Source of the DNA: Macrostomum hystrix | Taxonomy: Eukaryota; Animalia; Platyhelminthes | Assembly: GCA_950097015.1 (NCBI GenBank) | Contig: CATNEN010000015.1 | Location: 1,178,001-1,242,000, forward strand | Reading direction: 5' to 3' | DNA length: 64,000 nucleotides | Part shown: in pieces, positions 13,701-24,487 of the stretch | Position numbering within the stretch: position 1 is the stretch's first letter | Layout of the letters: each line of letters starts with the position of its first letter | The notes under the pieces: model-generated | The model's database searches: none | What the model saw: only the letters and a program-made list of their open reading frames with translations | What the model was told of the DNA's origin: nothing | Translations under genes and position numbers: made by a program

Positions 13701-16700
13701 ATGACAATTCGAAGGTCTTGTTTCGAGAATGATTCCGCCATTGCCAATAATTCAATGGGTAGCAGTAAAGAAGAGAGCGAAGCTCAGGCATGATTGCAAG
13801 CTAAGGCTTAAAGTCTTAAACCAAAAAAAGCTTTTTGAAAGTACCCCGTAAATTTTAAAACCTTCTTTTAGGGGCTTCGGCTACGACACAGCCGGCCCGC
13901 GGGCCTAGTGCGGCACTCAAAGCTCCAAAATACAAAATCCCCAGTGTCTTATCACTCCCATGTCTCAACCCTCCCCTGTCTCATTTCTCCCCTGTCTCAA
14001 CCCTCCCCTGTCTCATCTCTCCCCTGTCTCATCTCTCCCCTGTCTTATCTCTCCCCTGTCTTATCTCTCCCCTGTCTTATCTCTCCACTGTCTTATCTCT
14101 CCCCTGTCTCATCTCTCCCTGTCTCAACCAAGTGTCTATCACACTGGGAGTTAATGAGAATCATTTAGAGTGGTTCATTCATACACAGCACAACTTAAAA
14201 ATTTCATCACCCTAAGCTATTATTCTCGAGGCACACAGTGACAGTTGGAGTGCTTAAGTGTAGTATAATTATTATGGTAATTATCGCCAATCGCTTAGCT
14301 AAAATCCCAAATCCCACGCAGGATCGAGTCCGTCAGGTGGCGGAGTTCCAGGCTGCCGCTGCCCGCGCCGAGTCAGCGCGTCTCGCGCGCCAGCTCGAGT
14401 CCACTCGCGCCGCCCTGGACGAGGCCCGCTCCGCGTTGGTGGCCTCGGCCGCGGTGCCCTCTCGCCAGCTGGTGGACGCCGATGAGCGCGCCGAGCTGGT
14501 CCGCGCCCGCGAGCAGATCAGCCTGCTGACGGAGAGCAACCGGCTGCTGCGGCAGGAGGAGGCCAGGTGGCGCTCCCGCACCGCCGAGCTCACCAGCCGG
14601 GCTGACGAGCTGGCGAACCAGCTGGCTCCGCTTCGAGCTCAGCTGGCGGCGGCTGCCAGTCAACAGACCGAAGCCGAGGAATCTGCCAGGCTGCTCACCG
14701 AGGAGCGAAATCGGTGGCGCGATCGCTGCCAGGAGCTGCTGGAGAAGACTGAGCGCATGGACGCTGATCAGTACAAGCAGGCCTGCGCTGAGAGGGACGC
14801 CCTGCAGGTTGGTTAGAGCTGGAGACCTGGGAGCGTCGATGATTCCAACCTTCTTAGAAGCACTTGAGAAGATCTTGAGCATACCCTCAACCCCCGCTAC
14901 AGATTCAGGTCGAGAGCCTCAAGGAGGAGGTGGAAGGCCTGAACGCGGACATCGCCGACTTGAACAACCAGCTAGAGGAGACGACCGAGAAATTCGACGC
15001 GCTGACAGTCGAGCAGGAGTCGGCCAAGGCTCGCCTAGCTTCCGTCATTAGCGAACGGGACGACATCGACCAGGTGCTGGCGCAGAAAGTCAAGGAGCTT
15101 GAGGAGCTGACCGCCGACCGTGACAGGCTGGCTCGAACGGTGGAGGAGCAGCGGGAGAGGTACAAGCGGGTGCAGGAGGTTGCCAGGAAGTACAAGCAGG
15201 AGGCCGTGGACCTGCGCACAGGCAAGGACGGCGGCGATACTGAGGTGGCTCGGCTTCGGGAGCGGGTGAGCTGGCTGACATTGGCCTAATAATGATAATA
15301 ATAATAATAATTGCAGGAGGGCTGCGGGCAATGGCACACATCATTTGGTGACACTAGACCCGCAGCCAACGAGAAGGCAATTCTGCCACTCCTGAGCACA
15401 CACGCACACAGATGCTGTACGCAGGCACGCACTCAAACATGTGTGCACATCTGCCCTGACTCACTCATCGTCAGGCAGTGTACGATCTCACTGTGCTTTG
15501 AAGGTTGCCCTTCATTGGCGTAAATTTCACGACAAGCCTCCAAGTAAATGTGACCTCGAACTTAGGGGCCTTGGAGCGAGAGGCAAATGCGTTAGACCGC
15601 TCTGCCGCCGACCCCTGGTGACGGCTTCCATGGTCATTGTCTAGGAACCAGTTGTCTGATAATCCGCGCATCCCCGCCCTAACCCCGCAGGTGTCAGAGA
15701 TGGAGGCCGCCGTTAACTCCGCTCGCGCCGAGTCCCAGACCGAAGTCGACCGCTTCAAAGACGAAGCCGCAGAGGCCCGCATGCGCACGGCTGCCATTGA
15801 GAATCACTCCAAGAAGCTGCAGGCTGACAATGCCGCTCTGCGATCTCGGGTGGCGGAGCTCGAGGCTCAGCTCAAGGAGCTGCAGCAACAGCAGCAACAG
15901 CAAAAAGTCAGCCTGAAGCGCCCATCTTCAATGCCATCCGGCGACAGAGGAGACGAACAGGCAGGCGACTTGGGTGACGATGATGACGAGTCGACAAAGC
16001 CCAAGCGAGCCCGTCAGGAAACTGACGATGCGGAACCGGAACAGCGCTCCGTCGCACCGAATGTGTTGGAGACAAATCGAGACACCAAGGCAGTAATGGA
16101 AACTGGTCCGGAAGTTCAGGAAGTTCAGCCTGAGCTGCAGACTGAAGTGGAAGCGCGAATGCAGCCAGAGGAGGGAACTCTTGAACAGCATGTTAAAGGC
16201 AATGAGGAAACACCAGCTGAGGACGAGCAGCCAGCCGAAGGCGAGGAAGTTGAGCCCGAATCTGAGCAGGAAATCGAGCAGCAGGCTGCTGTCGAGGAGG
16301 CGGTACAGTCGGTCGACTTCTTCGAAGAAGCCGCAACAGGTGACTTCGCCGAGGACGCAGGTGACTTCATCGAAGCCAACGACGCTGAGCAGGCGGATGC
16401 TGAGGCCGCTGTGGACGTGATCTGTATTGATGAATCTGTCAGCGTGGAGGATGAGGCTGAAGCTGAAGGTCAGAACCAAATTGAGGATCTGCAGCAGCAG
16501 CAGCAGGAGGATGAGCAGCAGGAGGAGGATGAGCAGCAGCAGCAGGAGGAGTATGAGCAGCAGCAGGAGGATGAGCAGAAGCAGCAGGAGGAGGATGAGC
16601 AGCAGCAGGAGGAGGAGGATGAGCAGCAGCAGCAGCAGCAGGAGGATGAGCAGCAGCAGCAGCAGCAGGAGGAGGATGAGCAGCAGGAGGATGAGCAGCA

Positions 16701-17307
16701 GCAGGAGGATGAGCAGCAACAGGAGGAGGATGAGCAGAAGCAGCAGGAGGATGAGCAGCAACAGGAGGAGGATGAGCAGCAGCAGGAGGATGAGCAGCAG
16801 CAGGAGGAGGATGAGCAGCAGCAGCAGCAGCAGCAGGAGGCACAACAACATGAAAATTTCGGTGGCGAAGTGTGCTTAACTCCCAGTCAGGCTGATGATG
16901 CATCGAAGGAGGAAACTCAGCCTTCTACCGACGCGGTAGTTTCGTCGGCCTCCGATACGCTCAAGACAGCTTCGCCGGCTCTTGCAGCTGTCGCTACCGT
17001 TGGCCAGTCATCGTCTACTCAACGACCTCGCATTGAGCCGATCGTCTGGTCCTTGTCTTCTGAACCTGGAGCCGCCGCCGCCACCGCACCCGCTTCTGCC
17101 GCGCCTTCACTATCCAGCAGGTCGCTTCCGGCTCCGCGTCGTGCCTGGGGGCAGCAGCAGCAGCATGTTGTGCCCACCATCGCCAGCACCCGGGGCGCCT
17201 TTGTCGGTGGTGCCGGACATCGCGGCAGAGGGCAGCAGCAGCAGGGTGCAACTGGAGTCGCTCGCCGCCAAAGTCGGCTGACCATTCAGCGGAAGCCGCT
17301 GCCGTGA
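4761..17307 (+). CDS. TPR: Nucleoprotein TPR / Mlp1 / Megator homolog, 5' part outside the window. Exons 4761-5130, 5743-6343, 6701-7123, 8471-9061, 10360-10925, 11419-11983, 14322-14807, 14903-15265, 15691-17307
   Basis: All junctions are GT-AG and phase-consistent (about 1860 codons). Long coiled coil with TPR-like segments: GKTLTQIYAEHVEV...EIQAKVPLLRRRQDEY, TFSDIRQLQQRN, QQRDMYK, KYQQELLLHAAD, ISLLTESNRLLRQE. The last exon is acidic and low complexity. Confidence 0.88.
5295..5658. repeat. 19-bp intronic minisatellite (CACTGTACAGTCTGTTATT) containing the palindrome ACTGTACAGT
   Basis: Period 19, lies inside intron 5131-5742. Confidence 0.95.
6368..6670. repeat. 21-bp intronic minisatellite (CACGGCTCATTCTGTGTGTTK)
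   Basis: Period 21, lies inside intron 6344-6700. Confidence 0.95.
7165..8285. repeat. 21-bp intronic minisatellite (CCCTAGGTTTCACCCTCAGTC / ...CTGAGCC variants)
   Basis: Period 21, lies inside intron 7124-8470 and degenerates at its 3' end. Confidence 0.96.
9570..9835. repeat. Dispersed repeat of unknown class, second copy at ~60110-60365
   Basis: Colinear similarity to 60110-60365, including the shared block cttgtttcagaagatgcgcaa and ttggcccgtg...cttgag.ttcgtgtgcttgc. Confidence 0.75.
9993..10352 (+). mobile_element. tRNA-derived SINE, copy 1
   Basis: Pol III A box TGGCAGAGCGG, B box GTTCGATTCC, central body and (ATT)n tail. Homologous copies at ~11000-11297 and 15288-15615. Confidence 0.8.
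11000..11297 (+). mobile_element. tRNA-derived SINE, copy 2 (degenerate head)
   Basis: Shares body with copy 1 (gtacactgcctga, aattgcctc.tcgct..ctgcgggtctagtgtcac..aatgatg) and ends in a T/TTA-rich tail. Confidence 0.7.
11995..13750 (-). mobile_element. Decayed mariner/Tc1 transposase interrupted by a 34-bp array
   Basis: Minus-strand fragments: N-terminal DLRIVMKIQFLQKKKSPEMFREL (13550-13747); (V)PHLLTGEQK...IVAGNETW...KVMHIMFF..HG...VPHGTTVNGHY (12342-12737); WEVLQHPPYSHDL...DFYLF; C-terminal DNGGEHVE. Multiple frameshifts. TIRs not identified. Confidence 0.88.
12959..13638. repeat. 34-bp minisatellite (GCGAACCGTCTGCTCAGTTTGTGCGTTGCTGCAA) x~20 inside the mariner ORF
   Basis: Period 34 (ctcagt at 13141 and 13175); copies are near-identical. 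Confidence 0.96.
13960..14127. repeat. 17-bp pyrimidine-rich repeat (CTGTCTYATCTCTCCCC)
   Basis: Directly visible, about 10 copies. Confidence 0.9.
15288..15615 (-). mobile_element. tRNA-derived SINE, copy 3
   Basis: Reverse complement begins GGGGTCGGCGGCAGAGCGG...AAGTTCGAGG, has the same body as copy 1 and ends in an (ATT)n tail. Confidence 0.8.
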
Positions 17308-17799
17308 CCAAAGCAATGTCTTGATACCAAAATCTTATCCCAGTTCTAGTTTTAGAAGTTCCCAAATAAGATACCTCCTGTGTTGTCTTATTAGGTCTGA
17401 CTGTAACAACACCGGTTCTGCCATATTCAACAATCCTTCAAAAAGTGCCATCAGTTAGTATAAATAATGTCATTTTTCCTAAAGCAACACAATTATCCCA
17501 ATGCCTAATCTGTTCGCATTTACGTTAATAATGAAAGCAGCCCATCTTATTGTTATAATTTATTGATTCTATTTGATCCCGTACTGCTCCCTAGGATTCG
17601 TATATTGCTGCCATCATGAGCTGTTTAGCATTCTTCTATAAATAATTGTTCAACTGGGTGTGTTTGCCAACATACTTGCATATTAAAGTGCAAATGCCTG
17701 TGAATCTTATTCAACTTATCTTATTATTTTTTGTCAGATCTTTTTCGTTATTTGTCTCTTATCAGCGATCCCTTTCTTACCACACAGTCTCAGATTCCT

Positions 17800-18375
17800 G
17801 ATTCAGGCATTCCTTATCCCATGCTCAGACATTCCTGATCCCATGCTCAGGTATTCCTGATCCCATGCTCAGGCATTTCTGATCCCATGCTCAGACATTC
17901 CTTATCCCATGCTCAGGTATTCCTGATCCCATGCTCAGGTATTCCTTATCCCATGCTCAGGGATTTCTGATCCCATGCTCAGGCATTCCCGATCCCATGC
18001 TCAGGTATTCCTTATCCCATGCTCAGGTATTCCTTATCCCATGCTCAGGGATTTCTGATCCCATGCTCAGGCATTCCTGATCCCATGCTCAGGTATTCCT
18101 TATCCCATGCTCAGGTATTCCTTATCCCATGCTCAGGCATTCCTTATCCCATGCTCAGGTATTCCTGATCCCATGCTCAGGTATTCCTGATCCCATGCTC
18201 AGGTATTCCTGATCCCATGCTCAGGTATTCCTGATCCCATGCTCAGGCATTTCTGATCCCATGCTCAGACATTCCTTATCCCATGCTCAGGTATTCCTGA
18301 TCCCATGCTCAGGTATTCCTGATCCCATGCTCAGGGATTTCTGATCCCATGCTCAAGCATTTCTGATCCCATGCC
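17800..18375. repeat. 22-bp tandem array (ATCCCATGCTCAGGTATTCCTG) between TPR and the TRAF-like gene
   Basis: Period 22 read directly. Confidence 0.95.
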
Positions 18376-18472
18376 CAGGAATGCAGCTACACTAGTCTAG
18401 TATTGACCTCCTCAGTTGCAGTTCCATAGCCAAGTGCAGACCCAACAGAGGTTGTCATGGCAACACCAGTGA

Positions 18473-19801
18473 AACCCAATCGCTAACCCGCAGCTTACCG
18501 CAGCGATCCCAGCAGCCGTAGCTCCAGTGAGCGGCTGCAGCGAGCCGCCGGCCGCAGCCCCGGCTGCAGTGGTGGAGCCGGAGGAGCCAGACTTCACCAG
18601 CGCGGTGCCCGACAGGCTGAAGTGTCCGATCTGTCTGGGCCATCTCAAAGCCCCGCTGCAAACCTGCTGCGGCCACCGCTTCTGCCGCGGCTGCTTTTTC
18701 TCGGCTGCGGCAGCCACAGTCAGCACCCCGTCAGCTGCGTCGGCAGTTCAGCATCCCCAGCTGCACCATCACCAGCACCAATTCCAGCAGCCCTTGCCAG
18801 CCACTGCCGCAGCCGCAGCCGCCGCAGCAGCTGCCGTGCCCTCCTCGATACTCAGCACCCGCCGGGCATGTCCGCTGTGTCGCTCGCCGATTCTCGACGT
18901 CGGACCGTCTGCCGCCGGTCGCGGTGGCCTGACAGCTGGCGTATTCAACGATCTGGCCACTGAACGAGAAGTTCAACAGCTAACTGTGCGCTGCCCGCGG
19001 CCCGGCTGTGATGCCACCATGGAGCTGGGCGGACTGAGAGCTCACCTATCCAGCAACTGCCAGTTTGTGGAGGAGACCTGCCCAGAGCAGTGCCAGGTAA
19101 TAAATGCACTTATTTCACACTTCATTGTCAATTGCACACTGCCGCCAATGTACACTTACTGAATAAACATTGTCAAGTACATACACCGAATGTACATTGC
19201 CCTAGATGTACACTGACCCGAACCCAACCTCTGTCTCCGGCAGTCGCGCGTCCGCCGCTGCGACCTGGCCGCTCACCGCGCCGCCTGCCGCGACCGCCAA
19301 GTGGCCTGCCTATTCTGCTCCACCTGTGTGCCCTATCGCCAGCTGAACTTTCACTACCTGTTCGGCTGCTCCAACTTCCCCATGCCCTGCCCGCACCGCT
19401 GCGGCCGCGTGCTGGCCGGCCACCAGCGCCTTCAGGAACACCTGGACCGCGCCTGCCCGCTCACCCTCGTCCTCTGCCCGTTCGCCAGCTTCGGCTGCGC
19501 CGCGGCGAGCCGGCATCGGCGGGACCTCGGCCGCCACGTGGCTGAGGCGCACAGCTATCACTTGCAGTTGCTGTGGCAGCAGCAGCAGCAGCAGCAAGTG
19601 CAGCCTCTACAACAGCAGCAACAGCAGCAGCAGCGAGCCACCACTGCTGATTTGAATTGCATGCTGGACAAGCTGGTGGTGAACCTTCAACAACAGCCAC
19701 TTCCATCGCAGCAGCAGCAGCAGCAGCTGTTTGCTGCTCAGCAGCAGCAAGCCCTGAGAAATCTGCTCTACCAGCAGCAGCAGTTCCAGCCAAGGCGTTG
19801 A
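18473..19801 (+). CDS. TRAF-like protein (RING plus TRAF-type zinc fingers plus poly-Q tail, no MATH domain seen). Exons ~18473-19096 and 19244-19801; start unresolved
   Basis: RING LKCPICLGHLKAPLQTCCGHRFCRGC...CPLC; VRCPRPGC...LRAHLSSNCQFVEETCP; CPHRCG...LQEHLDRACPLTLVLCPFASFGC. The GT-AG intron 19097-19243 keeps frame. Confidence 0.82.
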
Positions 19802-21940
19802 TCTTCATCAGATGAGATCAACTGGAATGAGGATTTAAAACTGTGCCGGGGCTGGGGATTCGCTTGCGCATTATCAATGCCAGTTTCCTTTGTTTTAGCC
19901 TGGCTTCTGTGTTGTATTTTTCATTAGTCAGCGTCAACTAGAGTTTATGGGCTTGTGTTTGCAATTTTACAGCTTTTACCTGTGCTTCAACGGATTAGCA
20001 TCAACGGAGAGACGGACTGAGAATATGGACTCAATCCGATATCTGAAATCACTATCTGATCTATCTGAAAGCAATGATCAGCTCACCCAGCTAATCTCTC
20101 TCTGTCTCTCCGCCAATTATAATTGGTTGCTACGCGGTCTCCAGGACTATTGTGCAGTGTTTTGTGTCCCAACTCTGGCCAATAGTTTCCGCCTTATTTA
20201 GCTTACTCAATAGTTTTGCGGCTACTCACAGCAGGTGTTCGATTCCTCACCCTGAGCTGAGCCAGCTGCTGCTGCTGCTGTTTCTCACCTCCGCTTAGCA
20301 ATCCACTTATTTACAGGCTCTGCATCACTTCATTAACTGTAGTATTAAGTAAGGCTCTATTGTTGATTTTATTGTTGCCATGCAAGACTCTCATTGCAAG
20401 CATGCTTCTTATACATTAATCTGCTGTGGTTTCCTTTAACTTGCTGATTTTAGTTGCGCAACACTTGTTTCTGAATGCCTCATAAAGTGTCTGGTTGCGC
20501 TTTCCTCTCCGTGTCTAGCTGAGTCTCAGAATGGTCTTTGTCACTCTCTATCCGCTACCCCAGCTGCCTGCTTGGGCCTCAGGTGTTTGCGACTTTGATT
20601 AATTATCCGAATACTTTCCTTGATTATCGATTTTAGACTTTGTAGTAATGACAGTTTTATTGGAACTCGCAAACCACCCGCCTAGCCTACTTACTCCTCC
20701 ATTGGTGAGTAGTGTGACGCGGCTTTTATTGTCTATTCATTCTCAGCGCGACAGAATGGGAATCATTTTTTCACTTCGGTGCAGTGTTTCAATCAACTGT
20801 GTAGCGTCTGTCTGCTGATTAGTGACATTTTAGCCTGTGCTTTATCGATTTGACATAACAGTTTTACTCCATTTTACTATTTATATTAGTAGCTAACAAC
20901 CTGTAAGCCGTGTGTAATTCTAGTTATTGTGTAGATATCATCTTTTTAGGCCTTGCTTTTTATCTTCTGGTTAGGTCTTCTGTGTGCGCAGCGATATTGT
21001 CGGTTTTGTTTTACTCAATACCTTTGCGTATTTTAACTGCCCGTTCGGAGACCTGAGAAATGAATTGGCATCATACTACTGCTGTTTGCGGTGAGTAGTA
21101 GGATAAGTGTAGCTTATCACCAGATTTCCTCAGCGCTTTGGCAGCTGGATCAGTTTATTGGCAGCATTGGATTTCTGATAGACTTTGATTACTGATTTTC
21201 CACTCTACCTACTGAGCCTCAGTAGCGTGATGCGCGTGATTGTCGGTTTTAATCAAGACAGTATTAGCGTCATGAGCGGTCGATGTGCTGTAAGACGCTG
21301 GTTTGTCAGGTAGCATGCACATAAAACGCGAAGAGCCGTACTGGCTTGCTTTGTTGGCCAGAAACACTGGGGTGGGTGTACCCACCCCCAATCACGCCAC
21401 GCAACCACGCACGCAGGCGTGTACGCTCTACCCGCCGCAGTGTACATGTAGAAAAAATGAAGTCTGTTAATACTTTGAGTCGATAGGTCAGTAAAAACAA
21501 AGACATGTCGGCCTTGCCTCGGGCCTTTCTGAATATTATATTATTTGAAAGGCTAGGGCAGAAAGGGGGGTCCACAGCGAGGAGAGACAAATGATGGTAT
21601 GAAAACCCTGGAGGGATGTACAATGGGGTAAACAGGCGATAACGCGCGCAGGGGGAAGGAAAACAAAATTGGTGCTGACGCTAGACTGGAGGGAGACAGA
21701 TGAAATGGACACGAGGGAAAATCGATAATAGATAGAAAGGGCGGGGCTGGCAGGTAAGAAAAAATATATTACCACACGGGTGAACAGAGAACAGGATTGG
21801 CTAATAATAACTCACGATTTTCGCGACAGTACACTGCGGGCCGAGAACTCTAAGCTGCTTACAGTGCAATTAAATGTAGGATTCATACATCGATTTTGCA
21901 CATTCAGCGGATAGACCATTTAAGCACAAAAAATCGATGT

Positions 21941-24026
21941 ATGAGTTGCATTGTATTACGTTGGCTTACTACTTTAGATGGCGCGTTAGATGCACGCTCA
22001 GTTAGACTTTGTCTTAACCATAGACAAAATGCGTGAAAGGCACGCAAGTTGATTGAGTGTTACGAAGAAGGGAATAAGAAGCTGTTAAATTAAAATCACT
22101 TGTGAGAGAATATGGCTGAGCCACCAACTAAAGTCAGACTTCTGAATCTGAGCAAATTTCCGAACGAAATGATTTCCGGCTTGTCCGCCAATGAGATTGA
22201 CGACATCCTGAACGAGCCTGATAATCTACCGGAGTCGGCGATTGATCGAGAAGAGGAGGATCTTCTGGAGGCACTTTTCAAGAAGATACCTGACGAAGAA
22301 GCTGAACTACTTGAATTGGAACAGCTCGTTTCCGAAATCGAGGACACCGCTGCTAGTAAGAGTGTGACAAAGGCTACCGAATATTATGTCGGTAAGTTGC
22401 AGAGCTTCATGGAGAACCATCCGTCAGTTCAGCGTGATTTGGCGACTTCTACACCGCGCGAGATCGATAGTCTATTGCGATACTTCTATGGCTCACTTCG
22501 CAAGAGGAATGGCGAATACTTTGCTCCAGCCACGTTGATTTGCATCCGAGCTGCGCTCTACCGGCATTTCATGTCGACAAGGCGAATCAATATTCTAACT
22601 GACGACGCATTCTATGCTTCCAATACGACACTGAAGTCAATGGGCAGAATCTTCATTGCCCGAGGCGGACGCGCCCGACACTTTCAATCGATCGAGCCTG
22701 TTGATCTGAAGAGGCTGTCTGACTACTTCGATCGGAAATCTCCAGAGGTGCTACTTCATGAAGTGTACTACAACATTATGTTCTACTTTGGAAACAGAGG
22801 TCGCGAGTGGATCCGTTCACTGAGCGATGATTCCTTTCGATTCGAGACGGATTCCGATGGGATTGAAGTGGTGCGCTTTGTTGCTGGAACAGTAAAGAAT
22901 GTTGGCAAAGAACTCTCCAGGAACTCGTGTGACGATGTCAAGCAAGCTGTTATGAGTGCGTTGCCAGACAGAAGCCGCTGCCCTGTGGAAGCTATGAAGC
23001 TCTATTTAGCTCAGCGTGAGCAATCCATTCCATCAAGCAGTTCGGAGACGGTGAAAAGATATCCTTTCTTCTTACTGCCGAAAAAGACTGGTTGGGCAAA
23101 TGGAGCATGGTACTGCCCGAACAAGGCAATTGGTGTGAATCCCTTGGGCCAGCTGATGACCGTCATTTCAAAGAAGGCGAATTTATCAAAGTCATACACT
23201 GCGCACTGCATTCGATCCACGGTAATAAAGGAGCTATCTAACGCAGGTTACAGCGTGTCTGATATCTGCAAAGTGACTGGCCATAAGCAGACGCGAACTG
23301 TAGAACGCTACTTACGCTTTGGCTCCAGAAGGGACGGTGAAATGCGAGACATGTCGGTCAGCTTGGCTTCTGCACTACACAAGGATGATTCCATGCAAGA
23401 CGTGATTATGAAAGACTCTTCTACCGTCATGAGCCAGTCACTGATTATTTCTGACACGTCGGACGTTGCTGGTGGGACGCCAAGTGATGACGCCAAGAAG
23501 AAGCCAACTGTGGTTTACAACTTCTACAACACTGTCAACAACTGCACGTTCAATTCTTAGAGTGAGTAATAGCAATGAACTTTTCCCATACTGAACTTCC
23601 AAATGCAGAACGCCTTCATCTTCATTCGCTTTCCCTGTCTGTGCACCTGCTAACCGTTCCTGTTACTGTAACTGTAATCGGGATTTACAAAAGCCTGTGT
23701 AGGGACCGAATTAAAGGACGGGGGGTCCACGATGTGAATACACAATAAGCGATGTAAAGCATTTTCGATGACTTAAAATGGAAATCACTTGGGTCAGGCG
23801 TCTACACAGTCTACCTTGTTTACACAATTCCATGTTGTTCGTTCGTTGTACTTGTAGCAGAAGTATACTTATTAAAATATACTCACTTTCCGTGCATTAC
23901 ACGCGTTAGACGCACGCTTGTTGTTTTTACTCAGATAGAAAATTGCCATAGACAACTACATTAGACGCACAGTAAATCGTGCATCTAACACGCGCCAGCG
24001 TGATACAATGCTCAGACTAATGAGTT
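21941..24026 (+). mobile_element. Putative Crypton DNA transposon (boundaries approximate)
   Basis: The YR ORF is flanked by an imperfect inverted repeat (21948-21965 vs 23994-24011, 16/18), a repeated motif CGCGTTAGAYGCACGCT, and a 7-bp direct repeat ATGAGTT at 21941 and 24020. Confidence 0.6.
22112..23560 (+). CDS. Tyrosine recombinase of Crypton/DUF3504 type, intact single-exon ORF (482 aa)
   Basis: Catalytic set recognisable: R (FGNRGRE), K (TVKN), HxxR (HCIRST), H (TGHK), Y (VERYL). The N-terminal LLRYFYGSLRKRNGEYF..TL..IRAAL.RH segment is typical of Crypton/DUF3504 recombinases. Confidence 0.88.
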   Translation: MAEPPTKVRLLNLSKFPNEMISGLSANEIDDILNEPDNLPESAIDREEEDLLEALFKKIPDEEAELLELEQLVSEIEDTAASKSVTKATEYYVGKLQSFMENHPSVQRDLATSTPREIDSLLRYFYGSLRKRNGEYFAPATLICIRAALYRHFMSTRRINILTDDAFYASNTTLKSMGRIFIARGGRARHFQSIEPVDLKRLSDYFDRKSPEVLLHEVYYNIMFYFGNRGREWIRSLSDDSFRFETDSDGIEVVRFVAGTVKNVGKELSRNSCDDVKQAVMSALPDRSRCPVEAMKLYLAQREQSIPSSSSETVKRYPFFLLPKKTGWANGAWYCPNKAIGVNPLGQLMTVISKKANLSKSYTAHCIRSTVIKELSNAGYSVSDICKVTGHKQTRTVERYLRFGSRRDGEMRDMSVSLASALHKDDSMQDVIMKDSSTVMSQSLIISDTSDVAGGTPSDDAKKKPTVVYNFYNTVNNCTFNS

Positions 24027-24487
24027 CCAGGTGGCCTGAGCAGGCTTTTATTTCAGAAGGGCAGAGTTCCTTACTCACAGCTAAAGAAGGACTCTCATAT
24101 GATACAGGTTTCCATTTTATTGGGCTTTCTCACAAGACGTGAGCTACTTCATTGTATTGTTCGCTAACTTCGGTTTCGAGCTGTCTTCGAAAGTCTTAAA
24201 TCTCATTAAAACAAACGGATTATTGAGCAGGGTGAGCACAGAGTTAAATATATTTTCTCCGATCTTACTGAATTAACCATGCAATATAATCAATTCACAA
24301 GTTTAATTGTGCATTCAGCAAGCAGAATAAACATGGATTTTTTCTGAATATTATTGCAGCTATTTAATTGTTTCAGATAAGGCTGGTGAATATATTGTTA
24401 CAGCACAGTGGAAATTGAGTTGCCACTGGCTGAAGCGGAGAAGTTCAGTTTTCTGCAGTCCATGGCTGATTCCTCAGCTGCTGCTGA

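Noticed and set aside
12758-13732. Cys-rich ORFs of 241-324 aa
   Set aside because: Translations of the 34-bp array on the strand opposite the mariner ORF.
15928-16903. Leu-rich, Ser/Arg-rich and Pro/Ala-rich ORFs
   Set aside because: Alternative frames and antisense of the CAG/GAG repeat in the last TPR exon.
19799-19820. Hairpin overlapping the TRAF-like stop codon as a possible readthrough signal
   Set aside because: A short imperfect palindrome with no SECIS features and no coding-like sequence downstream.
21435-21839. Possible MITE bounded by CCGCAGTGTAC / GTACACTGCGG, with a nearby GGGGTGGGT hairpin at 21369
   Set aside because: Only an 11-bp inverted match, no TSD found and no second copy in the window.
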